Below, one piece after another: positions 28,101 through 36,960 of a stretch of 64,000 nucleotides of DNA. The notes under the pieces are model-generated. The model made no database searches and had not been told where the DNA came from. It was given only the letters and a program-made list of their open reading frames with translations. Location: the NCBI RefSeq assembly GCF_052425735.1, contig NC_135760.1:14012001-14076000 (forward strand), in the 5' to 3' direction. This stretch comes from Oculina patagonica. Its lineage: Eukaryota. The position numbers and the translations under genes are program-made. How positions within the stretch are numbered: the first letter of the stretch is position 1; every line of letters starts with the position of its first letter.

Positions 28101-30625
28101 ACTGGATTCTTCATCTTTATATAGTTCCTTGTCTTTACAGCAGCTCCACGATTTTTTCTCGGTCAAAGGCAGAACATGTTTATTTTTACCACAAGAGTAA
28201 CAAAAGCTTGTCCTGTTATTGAAACCTTGATCATCACAACATTCCAAAGCATCTTTGCTGTCCATCGCCAATGGGTAGAATGGTGTTAGAACATCATTAC
28301 AACAGATTCCGTGTGTTGATAAATAAGGTTCACTTCCACAACACTGCACTGTAGGATCGTCAGCATCCGTGTCTTGTCCAGGAAGGTCACGGACGTTTCC
28401 TAGAAGATATATCACACATTAACTTAGTAAATGGCCCAGCTCACCACGAGTCTCTAGTAGCTCAGTTGGTTAGAGCGCCCAACCGGTATCTGGGAGGCCA
28501 TGGCTTCGATTCCCGTCGGGGACTCGTTTTTTTTTTCTTTGTCCCACCCTCGTGTCGTGTTGAAAAATTCATCTCCATTACAAAAAATCGTCTTGGGGAA
28601 ATAAAATCAATCTGAGCTCAGAATGGTTGAAATTATTAGAGATGTTCTGACGAATAACCTTTGGTTATCTTCGAAAATCCTCCTCCTTCTTTTTTCAACA
28701 TTAAAATGAAATGTCGATCTCACTATTACACACACTCTTCAATTGTTTAACTGTTTATTCGTTCTCATTTGCCTGATAAATTTTTTTAAATGTAGAATGT
28801 TAGTTACAGTTACCTTGACAGCAAACCTGTCTGTCAGGAAAGAAAGCAGCATTTCTGCAACATCTGGCCTCCTTTGCACTTCTGCGCGTATTGTTGAAAC
28901 CGCTGACACTACCACCGCAGCAAAGAGATGTTTCTGTATTGTAGGGCTTCTCTCCAGCACAACATTTCCATGTTTCGTGTTTGGGACGAATATAAGATTC
29001 AGAACCACATCTATCGCATACTTTATAACGGACATCATAATGCTTATTTCCACACTTGCCAATCATATCTGTAAATTAGAAATTCCCAGAAGTCATTTAA
29101 AGGTCGATTTACACGGCACGATTTTGTAACATGTGACAAGCTTACGACAGCCTACGACAGTGGCAAGCAAGTTGTAAGTTTGATTGACAAGACACAATTC
29201 GTGTCGTAGGCTTGTCGTAAGCATGGTGCGACAAAATCGTACCGTGTAAATCAGCCTTAACACACCCACCGTATCAAAATCTCTAAAGTCTTGTTACTTT
29301 CCGAATATAATTAATTTACTCTGTGACTTAAGATATTTTCGTTATGATATTTTTTTGCTCTCATTTTGATGAAATGTGTAATCTTTTTGACAAAGATCAT
29401 TAGAAAGCTATCAACGACTCACCCTGACTTGGTAGAAATGTGTAACATTATTTATCGTGAGTCCAAAACGGTTTTCGTTAGTTTTTTACACCTACCTTTT
29501 TTGATCACCCATTTCCCAGAGTAGTCAAGAAAAGGTGTTTCAGTAAGCATTGGAGAGTGTTCGCCCATATGTCTCTTTCCACTTCTAAGTGACGCATAGT
29601 TTGATTTCTTGACCAATTTTACTTGGTGTTCAATTCTAACGGGCTGTCCTGATGGAGTACCATTCTTAAGGCCCATAGTTCCAGTTACAACAAACTTGTT
29701 TTCATCACATGAATGTTTGCTGTTCCACATCCAGTGGTTAAGATGTGGCAATCCCGGACAGGTTCCCAGTCCACAGCGCTTCCTTCCAGATTCACAACCC
29801 AACCACAAGCCGTCGCCATTGTCATTCAGCCTGTAAAACAGAGCAACTTCGTCTCCGTAGTGGATAGGGTCACTTGTTGTCAGCCTTCCCTTGCCATAGA
29901 TTTGAAACACTTTCTTGGCGTGGGTGTAAACATTTTCCGTTGTCTGACGCGTTGAGAAATTGCAGTCATTTTTGCTGCAAGCTAACCAAGATGTTGACGC
30001 ACTGGTTGCTTCGTTTACGGTAAAGAGAACAGCATCGCCACTGAAAATGTGATCTGGATCTTCTTCTTGTTCTTCGATAAAAGAGAAACAGAAGAACTTG
30101 TAAAAGCCTTTCTAGAACTACGAAACAACATTACATCTTAGTTATTTCTTTTAATGCGTTCCCATTTGTTTGTTTATTTTTCACCCTGTTTTGAAAACTA
30201 GTTAAACATGATTTCTTTAGGGAAAAAGCGCCCTGGGGACGAGGGAAGAATCTTTCTAAGAACTTCAGTAAAGTAAGTAAGTAAAAACTTTACTTCCGTG
30301 TCTATGTATTAAGCCCTTATGGGCTAATTGGGGACACCAATTAAAATACCTAAAAACTATTAATTCTTTAAAGAAACTCCAGTGAATAAGAATGCGTAAG
30401 CTAAACTAAGCTGACAAAAAAAAACAATTAGTGCATCCTGGTGAGCTGTCACAAAAACTTAAGAACATCATTTCGAAATAAGTAATACCGATGTGTAATG
30501 TTAAAATTAGGATCATACGTTTTGAGAGTTAACGTAAAACAACAAACCAAATTACCTGCATTCGTGTAACACAACAGCCCTATAAATAAAAGGAGTGTCA
30601 GACATCCAAGGGATGCCAAATTCAT
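1307..30625 (-). CDS. Giant secreted multidomain protein, 3'-incomplete: signal peptide, unknown domain, galaxin-like repeats, VWC, 6x pentraxin, >=3 biomphalysin-small-lobe-like modules
   Basis: Exons in transcript order, all GT-AG: 30556-30625, 29496-~30071, 28814-29068, 28067-28399, 26467-26673, 23014-23604, 22658-22868, 21685-22082, 20293-20503, 18512-18915, 17445-17652, 16459-16856, 15418-15625, 14005-14405, 13231-13438, 7498-7889, 6857-7097, 3856-4139, 2948-3185, 2057-2340, 1307-1547. Total 6359 nt and every junction phase is compatible. The last exon ends at a phase-2 donor, so the gene continues left of the window. Without transcript data, a split into two genes cannot be excluded. 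Confidence 0.8.
2057..3185 (-). CDS. Cys/Trp-rich module 2 (exons 2948-3185 and 2057-2340)
   Basis: Paralogous to module 1 with the same splice phases. Confidence 0.8.
2778..2928. mobile_element. Palindromic MITE
   Basis: GAGAGGTTAAGCATGACGTT ... AACGTCATGCTTAACCTCTC. Confidence 0.7.
3440..3740 (-). mobile_element. 5'-truncated R4/Dong-like non-LTR retrotransposon fragment (restriction-like endonuclease end)
   Basis: IDMAVPSDRN....EKLSKYKDLEIE..RMW...IPVIIGA...LGTAHILRRVL, directly abutting a (TAA)n tract. Confidence 0.7.
3741..3785. repeat. (TTA)n microsatellite
   Basis: Read directly from the sequence. Confidence 0.95.
3856..7097 (-). CDS. Cys/Trp-rich module 1, biomphalysin small-lobe-like (exons 6857-7097 and 3856-4139)
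   Basis: Three internal repeats of C..A.W..SLD..GW..C..G.YL.GL.R.....IE.G.CC. Confidence 0.8.
4962..5553. mobile_element. hAT-like MITE
   Basis: TIR TAGGCTTGTACCGAAAGTGCT with 8-bp TSD GAGGAGAA on both sides. Confidence 0.85.
6107..6810 (+). mobile_element. Penelope-like element remnant (GIY-YIG endonuclease)
   Basis: Broken frames encode VVYKFSCASCNACYINETSRHF..RVREHL...KHL...FEVLDSA...MYIKWKKPDLNQQ. Confidence 0.75.
7498..13438 (-). CDS. Pentraxin domain PTX-f (exons 13231-13438 and 7498-7889; its intron holds an LTR element)
   Basis: AFTVCLW, WHQICISWASSSG, LVLGQDQDSVGGGF. The phase-2 junction AG|G is intact. Confidence 0.85.
8411..8541 (-). repeat. 3' LTR of copy 1
   Basis: 131 bp, identical by eye to the other three LTRs. 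Confidence 0.95.
8656..12607 (-). pseudogene. gag-pol polyprotein interrupted by a +1 frameshift between RNase H and integrase
   Basis: ORFs 9956-12607 and 8656-10119 together match the 1316-aa ORF of copy 2. There is an extra base at ~10005 (GGACAATTATA vs GGACATTATA). Confidence 0.9.
12680..12810 (-). repeat. 5' LTR of copy 1
   Basis: 131 bp, followed on the minus strand by the PBS. Confidence 0.95.
13104..13165. repeat. Compound (CTT)n/(ATT)n microsatellite
   Basis: Read directly from the sequence. Confidence 0.9.
14005..15625 (-). CDS. Pentraxin domain PTX-e (exons 15418-15625 and 14005-14405)
   Basis: AFTVCLW, WHHICVTWENSSG, LVLGQDQDSVGGGF. Confidence 0.88.
16459..17652 (-). CDS. Pentraxin domain PTX-d (exons 17445-17652 and 16459-16856)
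   Basis: AFTVCLW, WHQICLSWERSSG, LVLGQRQHSVGGGY. Confidence 0.88.
17862..18115 (-). mobile_element. tRNA-derived SINE, degenerate (related fragment at ~20680-20915)
   Basis: On the minus strand a tRNA-like head is followed by the TCTTGGGCAAGACACTTTACTCT core. Confidence 0.6.
18512..20503 (-). CDS. Pentraxin domain PTX-c (exons 20293-20503 and 18512-18915)
   Basis: AFTVCLW, WHQICVSWESNSG, LVLGQDQDSVGGGF. Confidence 0.88.
19001..19165. mobile_element. Tc1/mariner (pogo-like) MITE
   Basis: TIR CAGTGGAACCCCGATATAACGAT with TA TSD. Confidence 0.85.
19264..19556. mobile_element. MITE with CATAG...CTATG ends (P-element-like)
   Basis: TIR CATAGTTAATAGAGG(G/A)AAATGGTTAGGAAGCC with 7-bp TSD CTTAGAA. 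Confidence 0.8.
19980..20255. mobile_element. CCAAT-rich MITE-like repeat
   Basis: Imperfect TIRs TTTTCACTTGAGTGTCG / CGACACTCAATTGAAAA and repeated GATTGG motifs. Confidence 0.65.
21685..22868 (-). CDS. Pentraxin domain PTX-b (exons 22658-22868 and 21685-22082)
   Basis: AFTVCLW, pentraxin signature WHHICVSWESSSG, LVLGQKQG. Confidence 0.88.
22101..22499. mobile_element. Non-autonomous DNA transposon, TTAA target
   Basis: TTAA|GATGGTTTCCACCGAACATTCGAGCAAT ... ATTGCTCGAACTTTCAGCGGAATCCATC|TTAA. Confidence 0.75.
23014..23604 (-). CDS. Exon 6: divergent single-exon pentraxin/LamG-like domain (PTX-a)
   Basis: TAVTISFWMKT...ALSYAT...LNDGNWHFLWIEWQS...LVLGQRQ...FVGEISHVNIWS. Confidence 0.8.
26467..26673 (-). 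CDS. Exon 5: von Willebrand factor type C domain
   Basis: C...PCRFCTC.....C....SC......C......ECCPVFQC shows the CxxCxC and CCPxxxC signatures. Phase 1-1 exon. Confidence 0.8.
26790..27273 (+). mobile_element. L2/CR1-like LINE 3' remnant
   Basis: Degenerate TR.S...EGGRTFAV...WNSLP coding, then AATAAA and a (TTAC)n tail. Confidence 0.65.
28067..29068 (-). CDS. Exons 3-4: galaxin-like di-cysteine repeats
   Basis: Repeated CC units (KCCAGEKPYNTETSLCCGG, RCCRNAAFFPDRQVCCQG, QCCGSEPYLSTHGICCND, SCCKDKELYKDEESSCC). Exons 28814-29068 and 28067-28399, both phase 1-1. Confidence 0.7.
28448..28575 (+). mobile_element. tRNA-derived SINE head
   Basis: A box TAGCTCAGTTGG and B-like CTTCGATTCCC, continuing into non-tRNA body with no proper cloverleaf. 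Confidence 0.65.
29102..29256. mobile_element. Harbinger-like MITE (partial second copy at ~34135-34245)
   Basis: TIR GGTCGATTTACACGGCACGATTTTG / CAAAATCGTACCGTGTAAATCAGCC. Confidence 0.7.
29496..30071 (-). CDS. Exon 2: ~190-aa Cys-containing domain with internal repeats, unassigned
   Basis: The frame is open upstream of the listed ORF (EQEEDPDHIFSGDAVLF...WLACSKNDC...VFQIYGKG...PIHYGDEVALF...WLGCESGRKRCGLGTCPG). Donor is G|gtaggt; acceptor position is approximate. Confidence 0.7.
30556..30625 (-). CDS. Exon 1 of giant gene: signal peptide
   Basis: MNLASLGCLTLLLFIGLLCYTNA has a hydrophobic core and T-N-A cleavage-like end, followed by a phase-1 donor G|gtaatt. Confidence 0.7.
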
Positions 30626-30692
30626 CTTTGTTTCCAAACTAAGCTCTGCAACATTAATAAGGTACATTTTTAAAACTTCTTAGCAGGCAGTA

Positions 30693-30853
30693 NNNNNNNN
30701 NNNNNNNNNNNNNNNNNNNNNNNNNNNNNNNNNNNNNNNNNNNNNNNNNNNNNNNNNNNNNNNNNNNNNNNNNNNNNNNNNNNNNNNNNNNNNNNNNNNN
30801 NNNNNNNNNNNNNNNNNNNNNNNNNNNNNNNNNNNNNNNNNNNNNNNNNNNNN
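30693..30853. other. Assembly gap (161 N)
   Basis: Run of N. Confidence 1.
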
Positions 30854-33269
30854 GGGTCTTGAAATTTGTTCTTTCAGTGTCAGTTTTAATCAAATATGCT
30901 TTAAGATAAAAAGGTAGTTTGCACTTGTATATGAGACGATTGAACTTAGAATGACAAAATTTATCGAAAAAAATCAAACTTATCGCACTTTTAACATAAG
31001 ACAAACTTTTTAGTTTTATTTGTATCATGTTGTGAACGTACGTAGCACTTTTCTTTGCCATGATTACAGTAACCCGCCAGTAAGAACCTGCATTTTTCTA
31101 AAAGGCTAAACAGGTTTTTACATAAATGGTTATAAGCACAAATTTAGGCTATTTAGGTTCTTATTTTCTGACGAAGAATTTACATTGTTGTTAATAGAAT
31201 TTTTAGTGTATTCAGCCTTTTCCTTATATGAAATTTCCATACCAAATAAGTGTTTATGTAAAAATGACTATAACAGAAAACGATTCAATTATTCTTTCTA
31301 AAAGTAAACATTTTAAATCGATTTTTGAAAATAAGATCCTGTTTTCCTTCTACGCTAAAGAGGTTCTTATATAAAGGGGGTCTAACTGACAAATTTTAGC
31401 CCAACAGGTTCTTAAATTTTATGTTCTTACTCGCGGGTTTTTACTGTATCAACTAACCTTCAAAATGCGTCAAAAATGATCGGAAAAATACAATGTACGT
31501 TACAAGTGCAAAAAAGGGGGTTTGGATTTTTGACAATCTACGGCAAGAACCAATGCACGCCGTCTCTTGCTTTCATTATAAAAGAAAATTTGGACTGGTT
31601 TTGAAGTCAGAAAAACGCCCTCGTATTTCTAAAATCAGGGTAAGAATGTGAACAAACTTTAGGGCTGTGTTTAAATTCAAAAATTTGCCAAGCCTTCAGT
31701 AGTCGAATTGCTAAAAGAAGTAACGGGTGTTCGTTCACAAATTAGTGACCCAGGTTATGGTACCCGCCTAAGGCAAATGTCCCCAAACTGGTGCTCATCT
31801 TTAGTTCTTGCTTTTCGGCGGTGAAATCTCTTTCTTTTTAATTTACTTATATAAACTTATATTCTATCTTAGCTTTTTAAATTACGGGAAATAAGTGACA
31901 TAGGGACTGCAGAGTCACTTTGCCAACATGGTGGATGCAGTGAATGGGAGTTTGACTTTTAATTCCCCTATTAAAGGGCCAAGACACCAGGCTTGAAACA
32001 CAGATCCTAATAGCACTTGCGACAATCACTCCTCGCTGTTGGTTCATTTGTTCCGCCCAGTTATGGGAGTAACAAAGGGCTGCAGTTAAGCCCAGTTATA
32101 TACGTAGTTATACCGGCCACATTTTTCTATTTCTTGGAATTAGGGGCGTGTCTACCAATTGTTGAAATCTTCACCAAAATATCTGACTCTTTCGGATGCC
32201 AGCTGAATAACATCCTAATTTACACCTCGGAAGTGGTCTTTATACGCGATCGCGATCTACCAAACCCAGTGACGAGTTTGATTACCCCTTATATTTGTGA
32301 ACTGTTACATAAAGGGAGATGTAAGGATAAGCATAAGCACAGATGTTACATAAAGGGAGATGTAAGCATGTTAACAAGTATATCTTATTTTGAGACAAAA
32401 GGTAAAATCTTATTGGCATATTTCGAACTGAAACTTAATAGGTTTAAAAAGTAACATCCCTGTGGGTTGGTATATACCTAATAATGCAGCTTACATAAAA
32501 GAGAGTACATGATATGCGGTCGACGTTTTCTCTTTCTTCTTACCTTTAAAGACTTTCTTAGTCAAGAAACCCTGTTTTCAGATCAATAGTCATGGCAAGA
32601 ATGCCATCTAAGTGAATAAGTCAAAAGAGTAATTACTAAATTTCAGCCTCGCCACGTCTCAGCAGTCAAAATTCTGACCGAAATAACAGGTGCTTGTTAA
32701 CAAGCGATGAACTCAGGGCATAGTTAGCATCCTACACAGACGTTCTTTGGGCTCGTCACCCGTTGTAGGGTATAGTACGCTCTTAAGATGTTTGAACAGG
32801 TGCTTGGCTTGCGTTCTTCTTTTTGGTAGAAAAATCTGTCTTTGAATTAGCTTACATGGGCATGTGTACATTCTTGTATCCAAAGAAAAATAGATTTTCT
32901 TTTTTATTATTTTATTTGATGTAAGAGAGATGTTATGTTGAATCCATTTGTAATCATTTATCAGGCACTTCTGACCACGTGATCTGTAGGCGGTATAAGT
33001 CTCGTTAATACGGTTGATGGTTACATTGTTCGACAGAAGTTTTTGTTTGCAATATATTATTCAAACTCCTTATGGAATACATTCTCGGTTCTGGATGACC
33101 AGGCAAAAGAAAACTACTATGACTTCCCTTTTCTTGAATGCGAGATAGCTTACACTTTATTGTTATTAGTATTAAAACAAAGATATTTGATAGAAAACCT
33201 GGATGGAAAAACTGAATCGTCTTTATTTTACGAGGGTAGCACTAACAATCTTTCGACTAACAAACCTGT

Positions 33270-33463
33270 GGCCCTCGGATTCCCGATCGAATTGGAATTT
33301 AGAAGTGTTGATTTTTGGGGAGGGAGGAAAACCGGAGAACCCGGAGAAAAACCCTCGGAGCAAGGACGAGAACCAACAACAAACTCAACCCACATATGAC
33401 GCCGGGACCGGGCGACATTGGTGGGAGGCGAGCGCTCTCACCACTGCGCAATCCCTGCTCCCC
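33270..33463 (-). mobile_element. tRNA-derived SINE (degenerate copy at ~21455-21565)
   Basis: Minus-strand head GGGAGCAGGGATTGCGCAGTGGTGAGAGCGCTCGCCTCCCACC and body CTCCGAGGGTTTTTCTCCGGGTTCTCCGGTTTTCCTCCC. Confidence 0.7.
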
Positions 33464-34926
33464 AAACGAGTTGGGTTGATTCTCTCTTGGTTGGACTGAT
33501 GATTTTTTTCTTCTCTTTTCTTTTCCCTATCTCGGATCGGCCGATAAATCTTCTTTCTAGCGGAGTGAAGGTGTTGCTAAATATTTTGTTTAATCCTCAA
33601 ATTTGGTTTCGGCACGCAAAATGTACTAACCTATTCTCTCTAATTATAATACAGTACTGTTTCAGTAGCACTTCGTGCTTTAAGGCGGGGGTATACCCGA
33701 ATTTGAATGGAATTATAGGAGGTTTAGAGAAGAGGTTGAAGAAAGAAAAATTTTTTTTGAAACACCACCAGCAGTTGACCCCCACGCCAGAGCACTTCAG
33801 GTTGCCAGGGGGACTATCTGGTGTCCGTCTTCCAATTTTTAACTTCAAATTCTTTTTTTTAAATCACATTAAATCTCCAACTTTTCTTATTTCTCTGAAT
33901 TTTTCTTATCCTTTGAGAAAAACTATCTCCTCCCAAACATCCCCAAAAATTAACAAAACACCGCAAAAAAGCAAAGAGTTTTTGGATGGCTTGAAACGCG
34001 AACAAGATATTCGCATAAAACCCAAGTTAAGAGGTGGATAAACGGCCTTCAGGTGTACTCACGCCACCGTTTAGAAAATAACATTTTCTAAACGGTGATT
34101 TAGACTACAACGCGTATCATGTCGTTTAAATCAATCTACGACATCATTACGACAGATATAGGCTAGATTTCTACGAATCAATTCGTGTCGTAGGCCTGTC
34201 GTAAGCTTGTTGCATGCGAGGAAGTCGTACCGTGTAAATCGGCTCTAGGCTCTGTCAACTAAACAAGTAATAATTATATAGTGTACGTTTATGTGTGGCA
34301 TCTTTTGCTGCAGTGGATCTAAACTCCTTTCGAAATTTTCTTCAGTAAACCAGCATGAATCGCCCAGAGAGACAAAACGTATATGTTGATGGCCTAGGGT
34401 ATACAAGCCATTTTTCTAAGTGTTTTTTTTTTACTACCAAATCCCGTTATTTAAATTGTAAAACGATGTTCAGTAAAAAAGAGCTCGTTTTCTCTTAAGC
34501 ATGCACTATAAATTTCTCTGGAACAAGGAAGTTAAAAATAAACTGTTCTAATGACGATGTCTTTACGGGAGTAAAATTTGCGTCATCCGAAAAAGACGCT
34601 AAATTTAATGAAGATCATACTTTTCAAATTTTAAAACTCAGTCCTTTCTACAGAAATAAACATCCGTTATGGCTATATTTGCCCTTGTTGATATATTTAC
34701 AGCCCTGGAAGTGTTTAGGAATAAAAGAAGTTAGGATATTTATACAAACACAAGTGAATGTTGTTGAGGAATCAGGCACCATAGCTTGCTTGGGTTTTTT
34801 ATTTTCCTTTCACTTAGATTTCTTACTTTACAGCAGATTTACTTTAAGAAGCACTTTAGAAATAGCACTGACTTTCACAACAAAGCTGAAGTCATCTGTA
34901 AGATAATGTCTACAATTATCAGACCG

Positions 34927-34992
34927 CCGCCCGGTTAGCTGAGTTGGTAGAGCGCCGGAGTGCTGTGCGGGAGGTCTTGGGTTCGAACCACA

Positions 34993-35033
<41 letters not shown>

Positions 35034-35220
35034 TGTGCTGCCTTTGTAATTACATCTGCAAATGGTTATACATTCTAGTCTTCTCCGAAAAGGCCGATAA
35101 ACCGTAGGTCCCGTCTCCTGTATCTTCAGTCTTATACTGACAGGGGACGTTAAAGAACCCACACACTATTCGCAAAGAGTAGGGCACGAAGCTCCCGGTG
35201 TTGTGGTCTGGCCTTTGTGT
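34927..35220 (+). mobile_element. tRNA-derived SINE with Nin/Deu-like core
   Basis: tRNA-like head, then CCAACACTCAGGGTCTTAAAATAACTGAGGAGAA...GGACGTTAAAGAACCC (family recognised from recall). Confidence 0.7.
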
Positions 35221-36272
35221 AGTTAATTACAGTATGTGTACAGCGCATATGAACAAAAACATATGAAAAATGCGCTATATAAATGTATCATCATTATCAT
35301 TATCATTGTCATTATTTCAACTACGAGTAACAAATCTTCTCACAATCATTCCATTTCCTAAAAGAAGGGAGGTCAGATACTCTTGCTAGGGAAGATCACA
35401 ATAATTGTTTCATCAGTAATTATCTATTGGTACGCTTTAACCAGTACATGATAAACAACATTGATTATCAATTACCACTGATTTGTCATCACTTGGCAAA
35501 CACCTTATGTTTTTATTTAGCAACAGAGCAGTCGACAGCGATGATATGAGAAACCTGACCGAAGAAACACTTTGCAAGGAAGAAAAGGATATAATAATAG
35601 AGTCGGATAAACGTGTAGCCCTAAAGAGGTAAAAATAGTGTTACAGGTGCGCCTTCACGGTCAACAGGTGTTTAAATTGAAAAGCTTTTTCTTCCTTGGT
35701 GTCTTCTTTCAGTCTCGTGTACCCTTTGTTTCATGTTTTTAGTTGAAATCAGTTTCAATATTCTCCTCCTATAAAAGCTAAATTTATTCCAATTCACTTT
35801 TGTTACTTCTATTACTCATTTGAATAACGTAGTAGTATTCGTTTGTCATTACTCTATATCGCTCTATTCGTCCAAGGTTTTGAGAAGTTTTAACTTTAGC
35901 TTACTTACTTTTCACGAAGGATTCGAAAATTAAGAGCTAAGTCACGACCAGCGCATCTCGAGAGAACTGGCCATTTTTTCAAGTTTGTCAAGCCGTCAAG
36001 CGATCCTTAATTATTTGGTTATTCTCCATGTTTCTTTTGAGATTTGGATCCTTCAATTCAGTGTTTTTTTTTTACTGCCGGAAAAATGACTGAAAATATC
36101 GTGACATCGCTCTGTACTTTACTTCAACAAAACAGCCGGGTTTTATTTAGAGATAATAAAGAAAATCTGAAAACTGAGATTGGGCAGAGGCAAACCTTTT
36201 GTCGTTCATCATTAATTACGTAGTGTAAAAAGCTGTAAATTAACGCAGTTTATACAAGGAAAAGCGATCTTA

Positions 36273-36675
36273 GACCCGGTTCAGACGCCGTACTTTTCAT
36301 GAGCCGAACTCAATTCGAATTTGACCGACCCAAATTGTCAAAAGTACGCCTCTTGATTCAGACGCCGTACCTTTTGGCCGGTCCGAGGCCGTTCCTAACA
36401 CAGTTCCAATAATTAAGGTAAACTGCTGGCAAAATACATTACAATATTTTATGAATTAGGATCGGCACATGAAAAGTACGGCGTCTGAATCAAAGCCGTT
36501 CCAAAGGCGTTCTACAGGCGAAATTCTCGGCCAAGCCAGGCGGGAAGAACGGGTGAGCCGTTCCAAGTTGAAATAGCCGTTCTAATTTGATTCAGACGCC
36601 GATCTTTTCATGTACTTAATTCAAGGAATTAGGTTCGGCTCATGAAAAGATCGGCGTCTGAACGTTAACCGGGCC
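36273..36675. mobile_element. PIF/Harbinger-like MITE
   Basis: Long inverted repeats (GTTCAGACGCCG...TTTTCATGAGCCGAAC) with TTA TSD. Confidence 0.8.
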
Positions 36676-36757
36676 TTAGTAACCAATGCAATGTTCAGCA
36701 AATCGCTTCACCATATGTGCACCCGCTATCAGTAGACATTAATAAATTCACGAAACT

Positions 36758-36888
36758 TGTGGAGTCCTGGGACTAGTAGAGTCGTCACGTGACAAGAAGG
36801 CCGTGTACGATCGAGTTAGTTGAGTTCTTGCCATGTGTGTGTTGTAACTCGGAGTTTACACACTGTTTTCTGTATTAAATACACCACA
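36758..36888 (+). repeat. 5' LTR of copy 2
   Basis: 131 bp TG...CA with ATTAAA at 36874-36879. Confidence 0.95.
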
Positions 36889-36960
36889 TTTTTGGCGACG
36901 AGGAACGTGATCGAATACCACGACCAGGTAGACTAGAGTGAAGCGAAGTCTACACGGAAA

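Noticed and set aside
1307-30625. Naming the giant gene SVEP1, NPTX or an adhesion GPCR
   Set aside because: No sushi, EGF, vWA, GAIN or 7TM regions are seen; only the pentraxin domains are shared.
30654-31061. ORF across the N run
   Set aside because: Gap artefact. The gap also hides part of the giant gene's upstream region.
33418-34041. 207-aa ORF
   Set aside because: It starts inside a SINE, is F/K/L-biased and shows no domain or splice support.
34927-35000. tRNA gene (also 28448-28526)
   Set aside because: A and B boxes are present but the cloverleaf fails and the sequence runs into a SINE body.
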